From contig NIVC01001010.1 in the NCBI GenBank assembly GCA_002269645.1, forward strand, positions 310,001 through 374,000: a stretch of 64,000 nt of DNA, in the 5' to 3' direction. Below the pieces are notes generated by a model. It was not told where the DNA came from, made no database searches, and saw only the letters and a program-made list of their open reading frames with translations. This DNA comes from Macrostomum lignano. Taxonomy: Eukaryota. Shown here piece by piece: positions 63,050 through 64,000 of the stretch. The position numbers and the translations under genes are program-made. Position 1 is the first letter of the stretch, and each line of letters starts with the position of its first letter.

Positions 63050-63624
63050 CAGGGGCGTAGCCAGGAATTTTGATTGGGGGGGGCCGTGAGTTAGGGGGCG
63101 CCAGCTTCTTATAGGGGGGCGCCAGTTTCTTTTAGGGGGGGCGCCAGTTTCTTATAGGGGGGGGCGCCAGTTTCTTTTAGGGGGGCGCCAGTTTCTTTTA
63201 GGGGGGCGCCAGTTTCTTTTAGGAGGGGCCGGGGGCACCAGTTTCTTTTAGGGGGGGGGGCGCCAGTTTCTTTTAGGGGGGGGGGGCGCCAGTTTCTTAT
63301 AGGGGGGGGGGCGCCAGTTTCTTTTAGGAGGGGCCGGGGGCACCAGTTTCTTTTAGGGGGGGGGCGCCAGTTTCTTTTAGGGGGGCGCCAGTTTCTTATA
63401 GGGTGGGGGCGCCAGTTTCTTTTAGGGGCCGGGGGCACCAGTTTCTTTTAGGGGCCGGGGGCACCAGTTTCTTTTAGGGGGGGGGGCGCCAGTTTCTTAT
63501 AGGGGGGGGGGGCGCCAGTTTCTTATAGGGGGGGGCGCCAGTTTCTTTTAGGGGGGGGCGCCAAGGCCAGAGTTGGTGCTTGGGGGGGCCACGGCCCCCT
63601 TGCCCCCCTCTGGCTACGCCCCTG
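63050..63624. mobile_element. hAT-type MITE with internal G-rich minisatellite
   Basis: 15-bp TIR CAGGGGCGTAGCCAG at both ends and a perfect 8-bp TSD GCTACAAC (63042-63049 and 63625-63632). The interior is tandem GGGGGGCGCCAGTTTCTTTTA units. Confidence 0.9.
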
Positions 63625-64000
63625 GCTACAACCTAGTTTTAAAGCTGTCTATGGCCTTACCCTATGGTTAAAAGAATATGACGGGGGAAGGAATTGGACA
63701 CTCATTTCGGCCATAGACAGCGCTGCAATTGGTTGTCCTCTTGCTCAGCTTACCAAGCAAGTGCAGTTGCTCAAAACTTATGAAACCGAAATTATTGTCA
63801 CTTGTCACTTGTATTTGGTTTATACTCGTAAGAAAACGGGCCATTGGACATGCAGAGTTTAATATACATTTACATTTATTTAATATACATTCGGTACATT
63901 TACGACACCGAATTTAGCCTTCTTAGCTTCATCTTTCTGCACGAGCCTCATTCGTGAAGCTAAGTTGGGAATTCCTGCCTGCCGCCGCGGTGGCGGACTA

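Overview
Eukaryotic (animal) genomic DNA, not prokaryotic. GC-rich spliced coding exons sit in AT-rich, minisatellite-packed introns. The style resembles a free-living flatworm such as Macrostomum (inference only). Five host genes were reconstructed by hand with in-phase GT-AG junctions: a zfh2/ZFHX zinc-finger homeobox gene (- strand, 5 coding exons, about 1662 aa), intronless SNF8/Vps22 (-), FoxO (+, 2 exons, 457 aa), a divergent beta-tubulin (-, 4 exons, 444 aa) and a FAM234-like FG-GAP membrane protein (+, at least 9 exons, start not found, one apparent frameshift). Almost every intron carries its own tandem array, and most long ORFs in the track are repeat artefacts. Mobile DNA includes a decayed P-element/THAP9-like transposase, hAT-type fragments and a MITE with a perfect 8-bp TSD, two tRNA-derived SINE families, and a Penelope-like inverted repeat. 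Best leads: (1) an intact THAP exon with phase-0 splice sites at both ends inside zfh2 intron 1, a candidate host-transposase fusion exon; (2) an inverted pair of minimal hammerhead-ribozyme motifs just upstream of SNF8; (3) about 24 tandem forkhead sites in the FoxO intron; (4) a roughly 4.7-kb, nearly CpG-free, C>T/G>A-scarred domain upstream of FoxO; (5) an intronic array made of copies of its own exon-intron junction. All coordinates and counts were read by eye; no searches were run.
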